A stretch of 64,000 nucleotides of DNA from a bacterium. Its GTDB lineage: Bacteria > Actinomycetota > Acidimicrobiia > Spongiisociales > JAHEDJ01. The stretch lies in the NCBI GenBank assembly GCA_024641325.1, contig JAHEDJ010000007.1, positions 3,008-67,007 on the forward strand. Reading direction: 5' to 3'. Both the position numbers and the translations under genes were made by a program. The notes under the pieces were generated by a model, which ran no database searches, was not told the DNA's origin, and saw only the letters and a list, made by a program, of their open reading frames with translations. Positions within the stretch are counted from its first letter, which is position 1. Every line of letters starts with the position of its first letter. Shown one piece after another: positions 18,249-28,834 of this stretch.

Positions 18249-19600
18249 GCGCCGGCGCGTTTCCTAAGGGCGCCCAACTCGAGGCGCAGATCAACAGGCG
18301 ACGCCGACAAGGCGTCTACCTGCGCTTGTCCTTCCTCGGCTCGCTCATGCTCGCCATTCTGGCTCTGCTAACACTTCTCGCCAACATCATCAACAGCGCG
18401 TTCGGTCTGGTGGCTCTCGAGAATGCCGTGTCTCCGGCGGCGCTCGTCGAGGAGATCGGACTCGATCCTGCCGGGAGCGCTTTGTCCGATCTCTCAAAAG
18501 ACGATCTCCTTCTGGTACTCGAGGGGAATATCAACAACAACGTCGGCCGGCGTCTCGAGCGCGAGCAGCGCTTCTACTCCGACAGTCTCGTTTTCGAGAC
18601 GCAGACGAAATGGGATGAGATCTGTGCACGAGAGGTCGACCGGCCGGCCGGGTGTAGCGGCGACGTGCGCGGTCGCGACGATGTGTACGCCCTCGTTGTC
18701 GAGCAGATCGTCCAGCCGAAGGCTCTGGAGACCTGGTCGCTGATCGACTCGGTGTTGCATCGCTCTGAGATCGAGGCTGCAGCCGCCGTCTCATATCCCG
18801 ACGCCGACCTCGTTTTCCGTTCCTGGTTGTCGATGGACTTCGTCACCAGCCCGCAATCCCCAAAGGCCGAGGTGGCCGGAGTGCGGACCGCCGTCCTGGG
18901 CTCGCTCTGGATCGTGTTGGTTACGATCGTGTTCTCGTTTCCGGTGGGCGTCGCCGCGGCCGTCTACCTGGAGGAATATGCACGGGACACCCGCTTGAAC
19001 CGTCTCATCCAGACCAACATCAACAATCTGGCCGGCGTGCCGTCGATCATCTACGGCATGCTCGGTCTGGCAATCTTCGTTCGGGTTCTCGAGACCTTCA
19101 CGAGCGGTGCATTTCTCGGCGCGGTCGACGGTGGCGTGACGGCCAACGGCAGAACGGTAGTGTCGGCGGGACTCACCCTCGGATTGCTGATCCTGCCGAT
19201 CATCATCATCAACGCACAAGAGGCGATTCGGGCCGTCCCACAGTCTCTTCGCTCGGCCGGAATGGCGCTCGGCGCAACCCAGTGGCAGACAATCAGGGCG
19301 CACGTGCTCCCGAACGCCGTTCCCGGCATTCTGACCGGTGCGATTCTCGCCGTCGCCCGCGCATTGGGAGAGACGGCACCCCTCGTCGTTGTCGGCGCTT
19401 CGACCTTCATAACCACCGACCCGAGCGGCCCGTTCGCCAAGTTCACCGCCCTTCCGATTCAGATCTTTCAGTGGACGTCAAGACCCCAGGACGAGTTCCG
19501 CAATATCGCCGCCGCGGCGATCATCGTTCTCCTGATCATGCTCCTGGCATTGAACGCCACGGCAATCGTCCTTCGCAACCGGTACGCAAGGAGAGTCTGA
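18245..19600 (+). CDS. pstA: phosphate ABC permease with extended N-terminal extracytoplasmic loop
   Basis: [35 protein letters not shown]. Confidence 0.95.
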   Translation: MSAGAFPKGAQLEAQINRRRRQGVYLRLSFLGSLMLAILALLTLLANIINSAFGLVALENAVSPAALVEEIGLDPAGSALSDLSKDDLLLVLEGNINNNVGRRLEREQRFYSDSLVFETQTKWDEICAREVDRPAGCSGDVRGRDDVYALVVEQIVQPKALETWSLIDSVLHRSEIEAAAAVSYPDADLVFRSWLSMDFVTSPQSPKAEVAGVRTAVLGSLWIVLVTIVFSFPVGVAAAVYLEEYARDTRLNRLIQTNINNLAGVPSIIYGMLGLAIFVRVLETFTSGAFLGAVDGGVTANGRTVVSAGLTLGLLILPIIIINAQEAIRAVPQSLRSAGMALGATQWQTIRAHVLPNAVPGILTGAILAVARALGETAPLVVVGASTFITTDPSGPFAKFTALPIQIFQWTSRPQDEFRNIAAAAIIVLLIMLLALNATAIVLRNRYARRV

Positions 19601-20431
19601 ATGTCCGACAAGCAAGCGTTCGTGAGGACCACGGTCTCGGCCTCTGCGAGCCCCGACGAGCAGACTCTCACGTCGGCGGTGGAGACCCGTTCCCTGAACG
19701 TGTTCTACGGCTCCTTCCGGGCGGTCAAAGATGTTGATTTGACCGTCTACGACAACGAGATCACTGCGTTGATCGGATCGTCGGGCTGCGGCAAAAGCAC
19801 CCTGCTCAGATCGTTCAACCGGATGAACGATCTCGTGGCCGGGGCCAGGGTGGACGGTGAGGTCCTCTATCACGATCGGAACATCTACGACTCCGACGTG
19901 GATCCGGTGGAGGTGCGCCGCAGAATCGGGATGGTGTTCCAGAAGCCGAACCCGTTTCCTAAAAGCATCTACGACAACGTTGCCTGGGGTGCCAAGGTCA
20001 ACGGCTACCGGGGCAATGTGGATGCCCTGGTCGAAGAGGCACTCGGACAGGCGGCCCTGTGGGACGAGGTGAAAGACAAACTCGACCAGAGCGGATACTC
20101 GCTCTCGGGCGGCCAGCAGCAACGGCTCTGTATCGCGCGAACGATCGCAGTGAAGCCCGAGATCATCTTGATGGACGAGCCGACCTCGGCACTCGACCCC
20201 GTCGCTACCCTGCGGATCGAAGAACTCATCCAAGAATTGAAGACGAAGTACACGATCGTCATAGTGACGCACAATATGCAGCAGGCAGCCCGCGCTTCAG
20301 ACTTCACGGCCTTCCTCAACATGGATGAGGATCGGGCAGGCAGAGTCGTAGAGTTTGGCAAGACCGGGGACATCTTCACGAGACCCGAACACGAGGAAAC
20401 GGAGAACTACATCACAGGGCGGTTCGGATGA
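19601..20431 (+). CDS. pstB: phosphate ABC ATP-binding protein
   Basis: [47 protein letters not shown]. Confidence 0.97.
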   Translation: MSDKQAFVRTTVSASASPDEQTLTSAVETRSLNVFYGSFRAVKDVDLTVYDNEITALIGSSGCGKSTLLRSFNRMNDLVAGARVDGEVLYHDRNIYDSDVDPVEVRRRIGMVFQKPNPFPKSIYDNVAWGAKVNGYRGNVDALVEEALGQAALWDEVKDKLDQSGYSLSGGQQQRLCIARTIAVKPEIILMDEPTSALDPVATLRIEELIQELKTKYTIVIVTHNMQQAARASDFTAFLNMDEDRAGRVVEFGKTGDIFTRPEHEETENYITGRFG

Positions 20432-21111
20432 TTCAAGCCAGGCGTCATTTCCACGAAGAACTCGATCATCTGGTCGGGCAACTCACCTCGATGGCCCAAC
20501 TGGCCGAAGGTGCCGTCGGCAAAGCCGTGCAGGCTTTGCTCGCCGGCGACGTCGATCTGGCCGATCTCGTCGTAGCAGAAGACCAAGCAGTCGATGATCT
20601 CTACCTGGCGATTCACCAGGAATGGCTCGAGACGATGGCGCTGCAGACGCCGGTGGCGGTTGATTTGCGGCTGATGTCGGTGGTGCTTCACTTGGTCGTT
20701 ACCCTGGAGAGGATGGGCGATCAGGCAACGAACATTGCCAAGATCGTCCGCTCGATCGAAGGACTACCTCAGGAACCGATGATCTTGGAACATCTGCGCG
20801 AGATGGGGGACCTCGTTCAGCCGATGGTCGTTACGGCGATGGACGCGTTCGTCCGGAGGGATCTCGGCATGGCCATGCGATTACCCGAGATGGACGAACC
20901 GGTAAACCGGCTCAACCGCAGCATGGCGAGGGAGATCGCCAACTGCGGACGTGACCTCGATCTACTCGAGTGGGCGGTGCCGATGTTGATGGTTGCTCGA
21001 GCCTTAGAGCGAGTAGGTGATCAGGCCGTTGACATCGGCGAGCAAGTTGCCTTCTTGCTCACCGGCGAGTTTCAGGAGTTTACCCGTCCCGACACCGATG
21101 ATGGCCACTGA
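20428..21111 (+). CDS. phoU: phosphate signalling protein PhoU
   Basis: [41 protein letters not shown]. Confidence 0.93.
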   Translation: MIQARRHFHEELDHLVGQLTSMAQLAEGAVGKAVQALLAGDVDLADLVVAEDQAVDDLYLAIHQEWLETMALQTPVAVDLRLMSVVLHLVVTLERMGDQATNIAKIVRSIEGLPQEPMILEHLREMGDLVQPMVVTAMDAFVRRDLGMAMRLPEMDEPVNRLNRSMAREIANCGRDLDLLEWAVPMLMVARALERVGDQAVDIGEQVAFLLTGEFQEFTRPDTDDGH

Positions 21112-21799
21112 CAGGGCTCCGATCGTGCTCGTTGTCGAAGACGAGGAGGCTTTGGCCGAGTCCGTCCGGTACAACCTCGAGCGAGAGGGCTACGCCGTCG
21201 AGGTAGTGACCAACGGCATGTCTGCTGTGCGGCGATTCCGGGCCGCTCACCACGATCTGGTCTTACTTGACCTGATGCTGCCGGGGATGTCCGGACTGGA
21301 CGTATGCAAAGCCCTCAGGGCGGAATCGGTGGTTCCAATCATCATGGTTTCGGCAAAGGACGCGGAAGCAGATGTGGTAGCGGGCCTCGAACTCGGGGCC
21401 GACGACTACGTAACGAAACCGTTTTCCATGCGCGAGTTGGTGGGCCGCGTACGTGCCAATCTCCGGCGTGCATCCTTTGGAGCTGCCCCCGACGCGGAGG
21501 TCCTGGAGAGCGCTGCTCTGCGCCTAGATCTGAGCCGGCATGAGTTGACCGTCCGCGGGGGGCCTGTTGAACTCCGTCCCAAGGAGTTTGAGCTGTTGGA
21601 GGCGCTCATGCGTCGAAGTGGAAGGCTGGCGACCCGGGAAGCACTCATCGAGGAGGTTTGGGGACCGGGCTACTTCGGTGACACGAAGACTCTCGACGTG
21701 CACATCAAACGGGTTAGGCAGAAGGTAGAGGAAGACCCGCACAATCCACGCCTGATCGTCACCGTGCGCGGGCTGGGGTACAAGTTCGTTGACGGATGA
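21101..21799 (+). CDS. OmpR/PhoB-family response regulator (RegX3-like)
   Basis: VLVVEDE, DLVLLDLMLPG, GADDYVTKPF, KTLDVHIKRVRQK. Confidence 0.93.
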   Translation: MATDRAPIVLVVEDEEALAESVRYNLEREGYAVEVVTNGMSAVRRFRAAHHDLVLLDLMLPGMSGLDVCKALRAESVVPIIMVSAKDAEADVVAGLELGADDYVTKPFSMRELVGRVRANLRRASFGAAPDAEVLESAALRLDLSRHELTVRGGPVELRPKEFELLEALMRRSGRLATREALIEEVWGPGYFGDTKTLDVHIKRVRQKVEEDPHNPRLIVTVRGLGYKFVDG

Positions 21800-23498
21800 C
21801 TCGATGAGAACCAACCCCGGCCTGGCTCGGCGCCTGCTCACCTGGTACGCGTTGATCGTGATTGCCCTTCTGGTGGTGCTCGGGTTCATCATCAATGAGC
21901 AGACCAGCCGGGTGCTTCTCGACGAACTCACCGACTCGCTCGTTGAAGAAGCGCTGACGGTTAAATATGCTCTCCAGGGGTCCCCTGATGTTCAGGCAGA
22001 TACGGTTGCTCTCGGAGACCAGATCGGAAGTCGTATCACCGTGATCGCCGTCGATGGCACGGTCTTGGCGGACTCCGTGCGGGATCCGGTGACCATGGAG
22101 AACCACGCGGCCCGGCCGGAGGTGGTTGCGGCACTGACCGGCAGCGTCGGCGTGGACTCGCGGCTCAGCGAGACGGTTGGCATCTCGTTCCGGTATGTGG
22201 CGATACCCGAGGTTGGTGGTCTCGTGTACCGGATGTCGGTGCCTTTGACCGACGTTGAGGGTTCTCTCAGCCGTCTGCGGTTTGCGATCGTGGGGAGTGG
22301 GCTGTTCGTAGTGTTGCTCGGGGTAGGGGCCGTCTGGTTGACTGCACAACGTATCTCACGCCCACTCGTGGAGATGACGAGGGCGGTCGTGTCGATCGCC
22401 GATGGTGATCTCGGCACACGAATGCCGGACGCCAACCTGGCGGAGTCGACGCAACTAGCTCGGGCGGTCGACCAGATGGCGGATGAACTTGAGCGCCGGA
22501 TCGTGGAAGCCGGAAAGGCGAGCAATCTGCGTGATCGCGTGCTGTCTACCCTCGACGAAGCGGTCCTGGTCATCGGACGAAACGGTGTCATCGCCTACGC
22601 GAACCAGCCGGCCCGAGGGTTGTTCGGCGATCTCGGCGATGTCAGTGGGCTGACTCCTCCGGCCTTGCGAGATGCGGTCGACGCCGCCTTGGCGAGCAGT
22701 GCTCGACATGACGTCGATTTCGCACGTGGGAGGCCGAAGACCGAGTTCTCGGTGACCGTCATCCCGATCGAGGGTGAGATGGTGGTCGCGGTCGTGCGCG
22801 ATGTCACGGAGTCCAAACGAGTTGAAGCCATGCGAAGGGACTTCGTTGCAGATGCCTCTCACGAGTTGAAGACGCCCGTGGCTGCAATCAGTGCCGGCAC
22901 CGAAACGATTCTGCGCGCCATTGAGGATGGCGATCAGGACGCGGTCGTCCGCTTTGCCGGGCAGGTCGATCGGACGGCCGCCAGGCTCGCCCGGCTCGTT
23001 TCCGATCTTCTCGATCTCTCCCGTCTGGAGTCGGAACCACCCGAAGTGGAGCTCCTGTCGATCGAGCACCTCGTTGCCGAAGAGGTGCGGCTGGCGACGC
23101 CCGAAGCGGAACAGCGCTCTATCGCTCTCACAATGCACACCGATCCGGTGACCGTCGCGGTGAACCGGCGTGAACTGGGGCTGGCGGTGAGAAACCTCCT
23201 CGCCAACGCGCTCCGCTTCACCGAGAGCAATGGCTCGGTGAGCGTCGAAGTTGGCATGGATGGTGAGTGGGCTGTGGTGGTTGTCACAGACACCGGACTG
23301 GGGATTCCGATCCGTGATCTGCCGCGCATATTCGAGCGGTTCTACCGTGTCGACCTGGCACGCTCACGCGCTACAGGAGGCACGGGTCTCGGGTTGGCCA
23401 TCGTGAAGCACGTAGTCGACCGCCATGGAGGTTCTGTGGACGTGGAGAGCGAACTCGGGAGGGGCTCGAAATTCACGATTCGGCTACCACGCCCGTGA
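21789..23498 (+). CDS. PhoR/SenX3-like sensor histidine kinase (2 TM, HAMP, PAS-like)
   Basis: ADASHELKTP, NLLANALRF, DTGLGIP, FERFYRVD, GGTGLGL. Confidence 0.93.
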   Translation: MTDDSMRTNPGLARRLLTWYALIVIALLVVLGFIINEQTSRVLLDELTDSLVEEALTVKYALQGSPDVQADTVALGDQIGSRITVIAVDGTVLADSVRDPVTMENHAARPEVVAALTGSVGVDSRLSETVGISFRYVAIPEVGGLVYRMSVPLTDVEGSLSRLRFAIVGSGLFVVLLGVGAVWLTAQRISRPLVEMTRAVVSIADGDLGTRMPDANLAESTQLARAVDQMADELERRIVEAGKASNLRDRVLSTLDEAVLVIGRNGVIAYANQPARGLFGDLGDVSGLTPPALRDAVDAALASSARHDVDFARGRPKTEFSVTVIPIEGEMVVAVVRDVTESKRVEAMRRDFVADASHELKTPVAAISAGTETILRAIEDGDQDAVVRFAGQVDRTAARLARLVSDLLDLSRLESEPPEVELLSIEHLVAEEVRLATPEAEQRSIALTMHTDPVTVAVNRRELGLAVRNLLANALRFTESNGSVSVEVGMDGEWAVVVVTDTGLGIPIRDLPRIFERFYRVDLARSRATGGTGLGLAIVKHVVDRHGGSVDVESELGRGSKFTIRLPRP

Positions 23499-23558
23499 TG
23501 TGAAGTCTTTGCTGCCCCGCAATGGCGGCGCCGGGTTTGGCCTGGTCCGGATCGACGG

Positions 23559-24233
23559 CTACCAGCGATCTGCTTTGTCCTCGTCGTAGTAATCGAGGCG
23601 GTCGAGGGGCATCACCAGCGAGGTGAGCACGTTCATCGAGTGCGCCGTGATTCGCTTTAAGTAGCGATAGAGCAGCGCGATTGGTACCGCGGTGGCGGCT
23701 GGTGCGTCGGAGTTGATCTGGGTGATAACCAGGTTGTCGTACTCGACCAGATTCTCGTCTTCCGCCTGGAGGATCAGGTGGGCAGCCTCGGCATCGCGTT
23801 CGCCGAAGATACGGGCCGTTTCCGCGATGAGGCGGGATACCTGATCGCGGTGTTTGATCAGTCTGTCGAGGTCCGGGGTGGAGGAAAGGTCAACCCCTGC
23901 TGCGGCCAGGTCGAAGATGTTCTTGGCGTAGTCGCCGATTCGTTCGGCGTCCTTCACGATGCTCATCGAGACGAGCACCATCGGAATGTCCGCCTGGGCT
24001 CCCCTTACGCTTGCGTGCACCACGAGCTCCCGGCGGACCTCACGTTCGGCCTTGTTCACCTGCCGGTCGGTCTTCTTGATGTCCTTCTTGACGAGGCCGG
24101 GGTCTGTGCCCCCGAGCAGCGCGTTAATCGCCGCGTCGAAGGTGTGACGGCAGTCGACCAGCATCTGCTGGATCGTCTTCTCGATCTGCTCGAGCTCTTT
24201 GTCGGCGCCACCCCGAAAGAATTCCATCACCAT
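23559..24233 (-). CDS. PhoU-domain protein
   Basis: TDRQVNKAEREVRRE, KDAERIGDYAKNI, KRITAH; downstream of the Na/Pi cotransporter. Confidence 0.85.
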   Translation of the reverse strand: MVMEFFRGGADKELEQIEKTIQQMLVDCRHTFDAAINALLGGTDPGLVKKDIKKTDRQVNKAEREVRRELVVHASVRGAQADIPMVLVSMSIVKDAERIGDYAKNIFDLAAAGVDLSSTPDLDRLIKHRDQVSRLIAETARIFGERDAEAAHLILQAEDENLVEYDNLVITQINSDAPAATAVPIALLYRYLKRITAHSMNVLTSLVMPLDRLDYYDEDKADRW

Positions 24234-24242
24234 TATTGCTCC

Positions 24243-25418
24243 TCAGTTCAGTATCAGTATGCCCAATAGCGGCACGACGATGAAGCCTCCGACCACATAG
24301 ACCAGCACAGCCGACTTCCGGACTTCTGCAACGGATGCCAGCTTCTGCGCGAGGTATAGGGGGATGCGTCTTATCGCCGGGATCGGGTAGAACACGGCAA
24401 TTCCGGCCACATTGAAGAGCGTGTGGGTCAGCGCGATGACGAGCGCGGCCGGTGAGTCGGCTGCCAGGGAGGCAAGAAGGGCGGTTACTGTGGTGCCGAC
24501 GTTGGCGCCAAGAGTGACCGGGAAACCATTCTCGAGGGTCAGAACCCCGGCGGCGATCATTGGCACCAGCACCGAAGTTGTGATCGACGATGACTGTACG
24601 GCCACAGTCATCAGCAATCCGATAATGATGGCCGGAATGCCGCCTCCTCTCGATAACACCGCATTCATCGATCGCTCTATCCGGCCGGCCATGACCAGAC
24701 GCATGTTCTTGGTTATGAAGGCGAGAGCCAGGAAGATCAACGTCAGCCCGAGTATCAGCAGGGCAATACCCATGGCGGTCTCGTCTTCCGTAATCCTCTC
24801 GAACAGAGACTCGAACCACGACACAGGGGCTTTGACGGCCGACTTGATAGGGCTGTCCGGGTTCTCGAACTGGAGGGACGTGTTAGCTCCGAGGAGGTCT
24901 GCCAGCCATTCGGCACTCTTGGAAAGGAACTTGGTGGCCAACTCGAGGGGAAGGAAGAGCGCGACAGCCAGAATATTGAAGAAGTCGTGCATCGTGGCAC
25001 CGGCAAAGGCTCGCTTGAACTCGGCGCTGCGTCTCAGGAATCCGAGAGAAGCCAGCGTGTTGGTCACCGTTGTGCCGATATTCGCTCCCATGATCATCGG
25101 AACCGCGAACGGAATCGATAGTGTTCCTGCTCCTACCAGCCCCACGATGGTCGACGTCGAGACTGACGAGGACTGAACCAGCACTGTGGCGAGAATCCCG
25201 ACAAACAAGCCGGCCAGAGGGTTGGAGACCCTCTCGAAGAGGGTGTCCGTGAAGTCGGAGCCGAACGACTTGATCCCCGATTCGAGCGCTTTCACGCCGA
25301 CCAGAAAAAGGTATAGGAGAGTGAATACGTAGACGAAACGTACCCAGGTGGGTACGTTCCACGATCGGCGACCTTCAGCGCTGCTCAAAGCCTCTTGCTC
25401 CGGAGATGCAGCCCCCAT
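24243..25418 (-). CDS. Na+/phosphate cotransporter (NptA/NaPi-II family)
   Basis: Repeated QSSS motifs (VQSSSVSTS, VQSSSITTS), GANIGTT, GANVGTT. Confidence 0.93.
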   Translation of the reverse strand: MGAASPEQEALSSAEGRRSWNVPTWVRFVYVFTLLYLFLVGVKALESGIKSFGSDFTDTLFERVSNPLAGLFVGILATVLVQSSSVSTSTIVGLVGAGTLSIPFAVPMIMGANIGTTVTNTLASLGFLRRSAEFKRAFAGATMHDFFNILAVALFLPLELATKFLSKSAEWLADLLGANTSLQFENPDSPIKSAVKAPVSWFESLFERITEDETAMGIALLILGLTLIFLALAFITKNMRLVMAGRIERSMNAVLSRGGGIPAIIIGLLMTVAVQSSSITTSVLVPMIAAGVLTLENGFPVTLGANVGTTVTALLASLAADSPAALVIALTHTLFNVAGIAVFYPIPAIRRIPLYLAQKLASVAEVRKSAVLVYVVGGFIVVPLLGILILN

Positions 25419-25508
25419 TCACGATCCGTTAGATTAGTCGTGCATTCAGCCCACTCATCCAAGTTGAGCGGACCCGACGGATGGAGCCCACCGGAGAATT
25501 CGGCTCGC

Positions 25509-26255
25509 CTAGTCCTCTTGGGCGACCGCACGGAGGAACTTACGAGTGCGCTCGTGCTGTGGGTTGTCGATGATTTGGGCGGGTGGCCCTTGTTCAACGA
25601 TCACCCCGCCGTCCATGAAGACGATGCGATCCGCAACCTGGCGGGCGAATTCCATCTCGTGGGTGACGGCCATCATCGTCATCCCTTCGTCGGCCAGGAC
25701 GCGCATCGCATCGAGCACTTCACCGACGAGTTCGGGGTCGAGAGCACTCGTAACCTCATCGAACAGCATCATGTCGGGATCCATCGATAATGCTCTAGCT
25801 ATGGCCACCCGCTGCTTCTGACCACCCGACAGTAGGCCGGGGTACCTCTCGATCATGTTGAGAAGGCCGACCCGTTCGAGATTCTTCCTGGCGACTGCTT
25901 CGCTCTCCTCATCAGATCGTTTGAGGACCTTTCGTTGCGCAATTGTGAGGTTCTCTAGCACGGTCAGGTGGGGGAAGAGGTTGAAGAGCTGAAACACCAT
26001 GCCGATCTTTCGGCGCACCTTGTCGACGTCACAGTCGGGGTCGAGGATGTTGAAACCCTCTATCTTGATTTCGCCGGAATCCGGGGTCTCGAGCAGATTC
26101 ACGCAGCGAAGCAAGGTCGACTTGCCGGAACCGGACGGCCCGATGACTGCGACCACTTCTCCTTGAGCAACGGAGAAGTCGATTCCCTTCAGCACTTCGA
26201 GAGGCCCAAAGGACTTGAAGAGGTTGCGGATCTCGATCGCCGGAACGGAACTCAT
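25509..26255 (-). CDS. polar amino acid ABC ATP-binding protein
   Basis: From ATG 26255 MSSVPAIEIRNL; [32 protein letters not shown]. Confidence 0.93.
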   Translation of the reverse strand: MSSVPAIEIRNLFKSFGPLEVLKGIDFSVAQGEVVAVIGPSGSGKSTLLRCVNLLETPDSGEIKIEGFNILDPDCDVDKVRRKIGMVFQLFNLFPHLTVLENLTIAQRKVLKRSDEESEAVARKNLERVGLLNMIERYPGLLSGGQKQRVAIARALSMDPDMMLFDEVTSALDPELVGEVLDAMRVLADEGMTMMAVTHEMEFARQVADRIVFMDGGVIVEQGPPAQIIDNPQHERTRKFLRAVAQED

Positions 26256-27049
26256 ACCCGACCCGTCTTCGTCTCGAGACGTCTGGCAACTTGTGTGAGC
26301 GGAATAGTGAGGGCGAGGTATACCAATCCGGCCACAATGAGAGGAGTCGCATTGGCGTTGGAGATGACCCCTTCTCGTGCAAAGCGGGTCAACTCCTTGG
26401 TTGAGGCGGTCACGCCGAGCACTGAGATCAGGGACGTGTCCTTGATGAGTATGACGAATTCGTTGGTCAGCGGCGGAATGATCGTGCGCAGCGCTTGGGG
26501 GAGGACGATCCACCGCATAGTCTGGCTCTTCGAGAGACCGAGGGAGCGGCCCGCTTCGTTCTGGCCGGGTGGAACCGATTCGATGCCTGCCCGGATCGTC
26601 TCCGCCATGTAGGCGCCTGTTACGAGGGCGAGCGCTATGACGCCACGCCAAAAGATCGGCATCTGGCGGAAACCCGCGATACCTATCGGTAGTCCGAGTC
26701 CGATCAGGATGATCGTCAAGAGAAGAGGCAAACCTCGGAGAACTTCAATGTAGACGGTAGAGACGATTCGAAACACTCTGATCTTCGAGATCCGCATGAG
26801 AGCCATCGTCATCGCAATCACAAATCCACCGGTGAACCCGACCGCGGTGAAGATCAGGGTGTTGCGGGCAGCCAGCAGGATGATGTCGGGGAAGAGACTG
26901 GCTGCCACATCGGGGTTCGCCAGTGTCTTCTGGAGGTTGGGCCAGTCGGCGATGAATGCGAGTAGAGCAATCAGCGCGATGGAGGTCGCGTAGATCGTCC
27001 AACGGATCCTCGTTTGCCTCTGCTTCTTGGCTAATCCACCGGAAAACAT
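26252..27049 (-). CDS. polar amino acid ABC permease
   Basis: YIEVLRGLP, AETIRAGIESV, LIKDTSL. Confidence 0.93.
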   Translation of the reverse strand: MFSGGLAKKQRQTRIRWTIYATSIALIALLAFIADWPNLQKTLANPDVAASLFPDIILLAARNTLIFTAVGFTGGFVIAMTMALMRISKIRVFRIVSTVYIEVLRGLPLLLTIILIGLGLPIGIAGFRQMPIFWRGVIALALVTGAYMAETIRAGIESVPPGQNEAGRSLGLSKSQTMRWIVLPQALRTIIPPLTNEFVILIKDTSLISVLGVTASTKELTRFAREGVISNANATPLIVAGLVYLALTIPLTQVARRLETKTGRV

Positions 27050-27080
27050 TAAGGAGCACCCTACACGGGTGCTCCTTAAT
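27048..27080 (-). promoter_or_regulatory. 14-bp perfect stem-loop between the binding-protein and permease genes, containing SD, anti-SD and the permease ATG
   Basis: attaaggagcaccc-tacac-gggtgctccttaat. Confidence 0.75.
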
Positions 27081-27101
27081 CGTGTCGGGCAGAGCGGCGG
27101 T

Positions 27102-27860
27102 TTAGCTGCTCGTACCGAAGTACTTCACGAAGATCTCGTCGTATCCGCCGTCGTCGCGCATCTCTGCGAGAGCTGTGTTTATGTCATCTATAAGGTCGGT
27201 GTTGTCGAGCGACGCCGCGAACCCATATTGCTCGCCCGTTGGGAACTTGGCTGTAACCACGAAGGCGTCGTCCTGGGTGGACCGATATCCATTCACGGGG
27301 AGGTCTTGAAGAATGGCATCGATGTCACCGCTCGCCAATGAGAGGAACATTCCTGCCGCTTCATCGAAGCTGACGATTTCCACACCATCCGGAGCGTTCT
27401 CTTCGGCGTAGATCTCTCCGGTGGTTCCAACCTGGACCCCGACCTTCTTCCCGACGAGGGAATCGAGGTCTGTGAGCGATCCGGCGTCGGCCGCTCGAAC
27501 CAACAACGACTGATCTGCGTCGAAGTATGGATCGGCGAATAACGCTTGCGCAGCGCGTTCATCGGTGATGGTCATTGCTGCAACGACCACGTCACAAGTA
27601 CCGGCATCCGGTTGGAGCCAGATACCTTCGAACGGCTGCACGGTGGGCTCCATCTCGAGGCCCATCCGACTCGCAACTTCGGCGATCATGTCCATGTCGA
27701 ATCCGGTTAGCGTTCCATCTTCTGCATAGATTTCAAACGGCTCGTAGGGCGCATCGGTGCATACCGTCAACGTTCCCTCTGCGAGTGTGCTCGCGCCCCC
27801 CCCACAGGCGACAAGCAGCATGGCCAAGACCACAAAGGTGATCAACAGGCGTTTCGTCAT
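27102..27860 (-). CDS. polar amino acid ABC substrate-binding lipoprotein (SBP family 3)
   Basis: Lipobox LVAC, YEPFE, GFDMD, TITDER, GVQVGTTG. Confidence 0.93.
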   Translation of the reverse strand: MTKRLLITFVVLAMLLVACGGGASTLAEGTLTVCTDAPYEPFEIYAEDGTLTGFDMDMIAEVASRMGLEMEPTVQPFEGIWLQPDAGTCDVVVAAMTITDERAAQALFADPYFDADQSLLVRAADAGSLTDLDSLVGKKVGVQVGTTGEIYAEENAPDGVEIVSFDEAAGMFLSLASGDIDAILQDLPVNGYRSTQDDAFVVTAKFPTGEQYGFAASLDNTDLIDDINTALAEMRDDGGYDEIFVKYFGTSS

Positions 27861-27973
27861 CGCTTCCTCCTAGGTTTGTTGCTTGGACGCCATCGCATCC
27901 ACCCTGCCAATCTACCGGCATCAACCGCCGCGTACCGAACCGGGCAGCAAACCAGCGTGGCTATTGTGCCGAT

Positions 27974-28834
27974 ATGCAAATTCAGAGGTACGGCGCGCAA
28001 TCGATGGTTCTTCCACTTGAACACGTGTTGCTCAAGCGACCCGGGCAACCTTTCGGTGATGCGTTCGACAATCCCGCGCTCGGCTATCTCCATCCCGTCG
28101 ATCTCCCCGAAGCGCAGCGTGAACACGATGCCTTTGTTGCCTTGCTCGAATCACTCGGCGTCACCGTTCACCTGCTCGAGGCCGAAACGGGAAGCCCCGA
28201 CCTCATCTACGCCTACGACCCGATGCTTGTGACCGACCGTGGCGTGATCTCGCTGCGATCAGGCAAACCCAATCGTGTCGGTGAAGAGGAGCCGATGGAA
28301 GCCTGGGCGAATGCATCAGGGATTCCGACGCTCGGGCGCATTGAAGCTCCCGGCACGGTGGATGGCGGTGACACGTTCTGGCTGACACCCGACATCTTTT
28401 GTATTGGTCGTTCCCTGCGAACCAATAGGGCCGGTGCACAACAACTCGCCGAGATAGTCGGCGGTCGTGTCGAGATCTTCGACGTCCCCTACGGCAACGG
28501 CCCGGATGAGTGCCTGCACCTTCTGAGCGTGATATCTCCCGTTGCCGAGAATGCTGCCGCCGTGTATCTCCCCTTGATGCCCGCCGGGCTCTGGGAACTC
28601 CTCGTGGAGAACGACATCAAGATGATCCCCATTCCGGACGAGGAGTTCGAAAGCCAGGGATGCAACTTGCTGACCATCCGGCCGGGTGTCGTTGTGATGG
28701 TGGAGGGCAATCCAAAGACCCAAGTTGCTCTCGAGGAAGCGGGCATCGAGGTGCATACCTTCTCCGGCAAGCAGATCTGTGTCAACGGGAGCGGTGGACC
28801 TACCTGTCTGACCCGTCCGGTCTTGCGCGGCTGA
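27974..28834 (+). CDS. amidinotransferase/dimethylarginine dimethylaminohydrolase superfamily enzyme
   Basis: YAYDP, DGGD, CLHLLS, GGPTCLT (Asp-His-Cys triad). Confidence 0.87.
   Translation: MQIQRYGAQSMVLPLEHVLLKRPGQPFGDAFDNPALGYLHPVDLPEAQREHDAFVALLESLGVTVHLLEAETGSPDLIYAYDPMLVTDRGVISLRSGKPNRVGEEEPMEAWANASGIPTLGRIEAPGTVDGGDTFWLTPDIFCIGRSLRTNRAGAQQLAEIVGGRVEIFDVPYGNGPDECLHLLSVISPVAENAAAVYLPLMPAGLWELLVENDIKMIPIPDEEFESQGCNLLTIRPGVVVMVEGNPKTQVALEEAGIEVHTFSGKQICVNGSGGPTCLTRPVLRG

Noticed and set aside
25509-26651. 380-aa ATPase ORF as given in the track
   Set aside because: The N-terminal 132 codons overlap the permease; the real start is ATG 26255 with ATGA coupling
28510-28833. N-terminal extension of the M20 ORF
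   Set aside because: Overlaps the amidinohydrolase gene; ATG 28834 overlaps its stop
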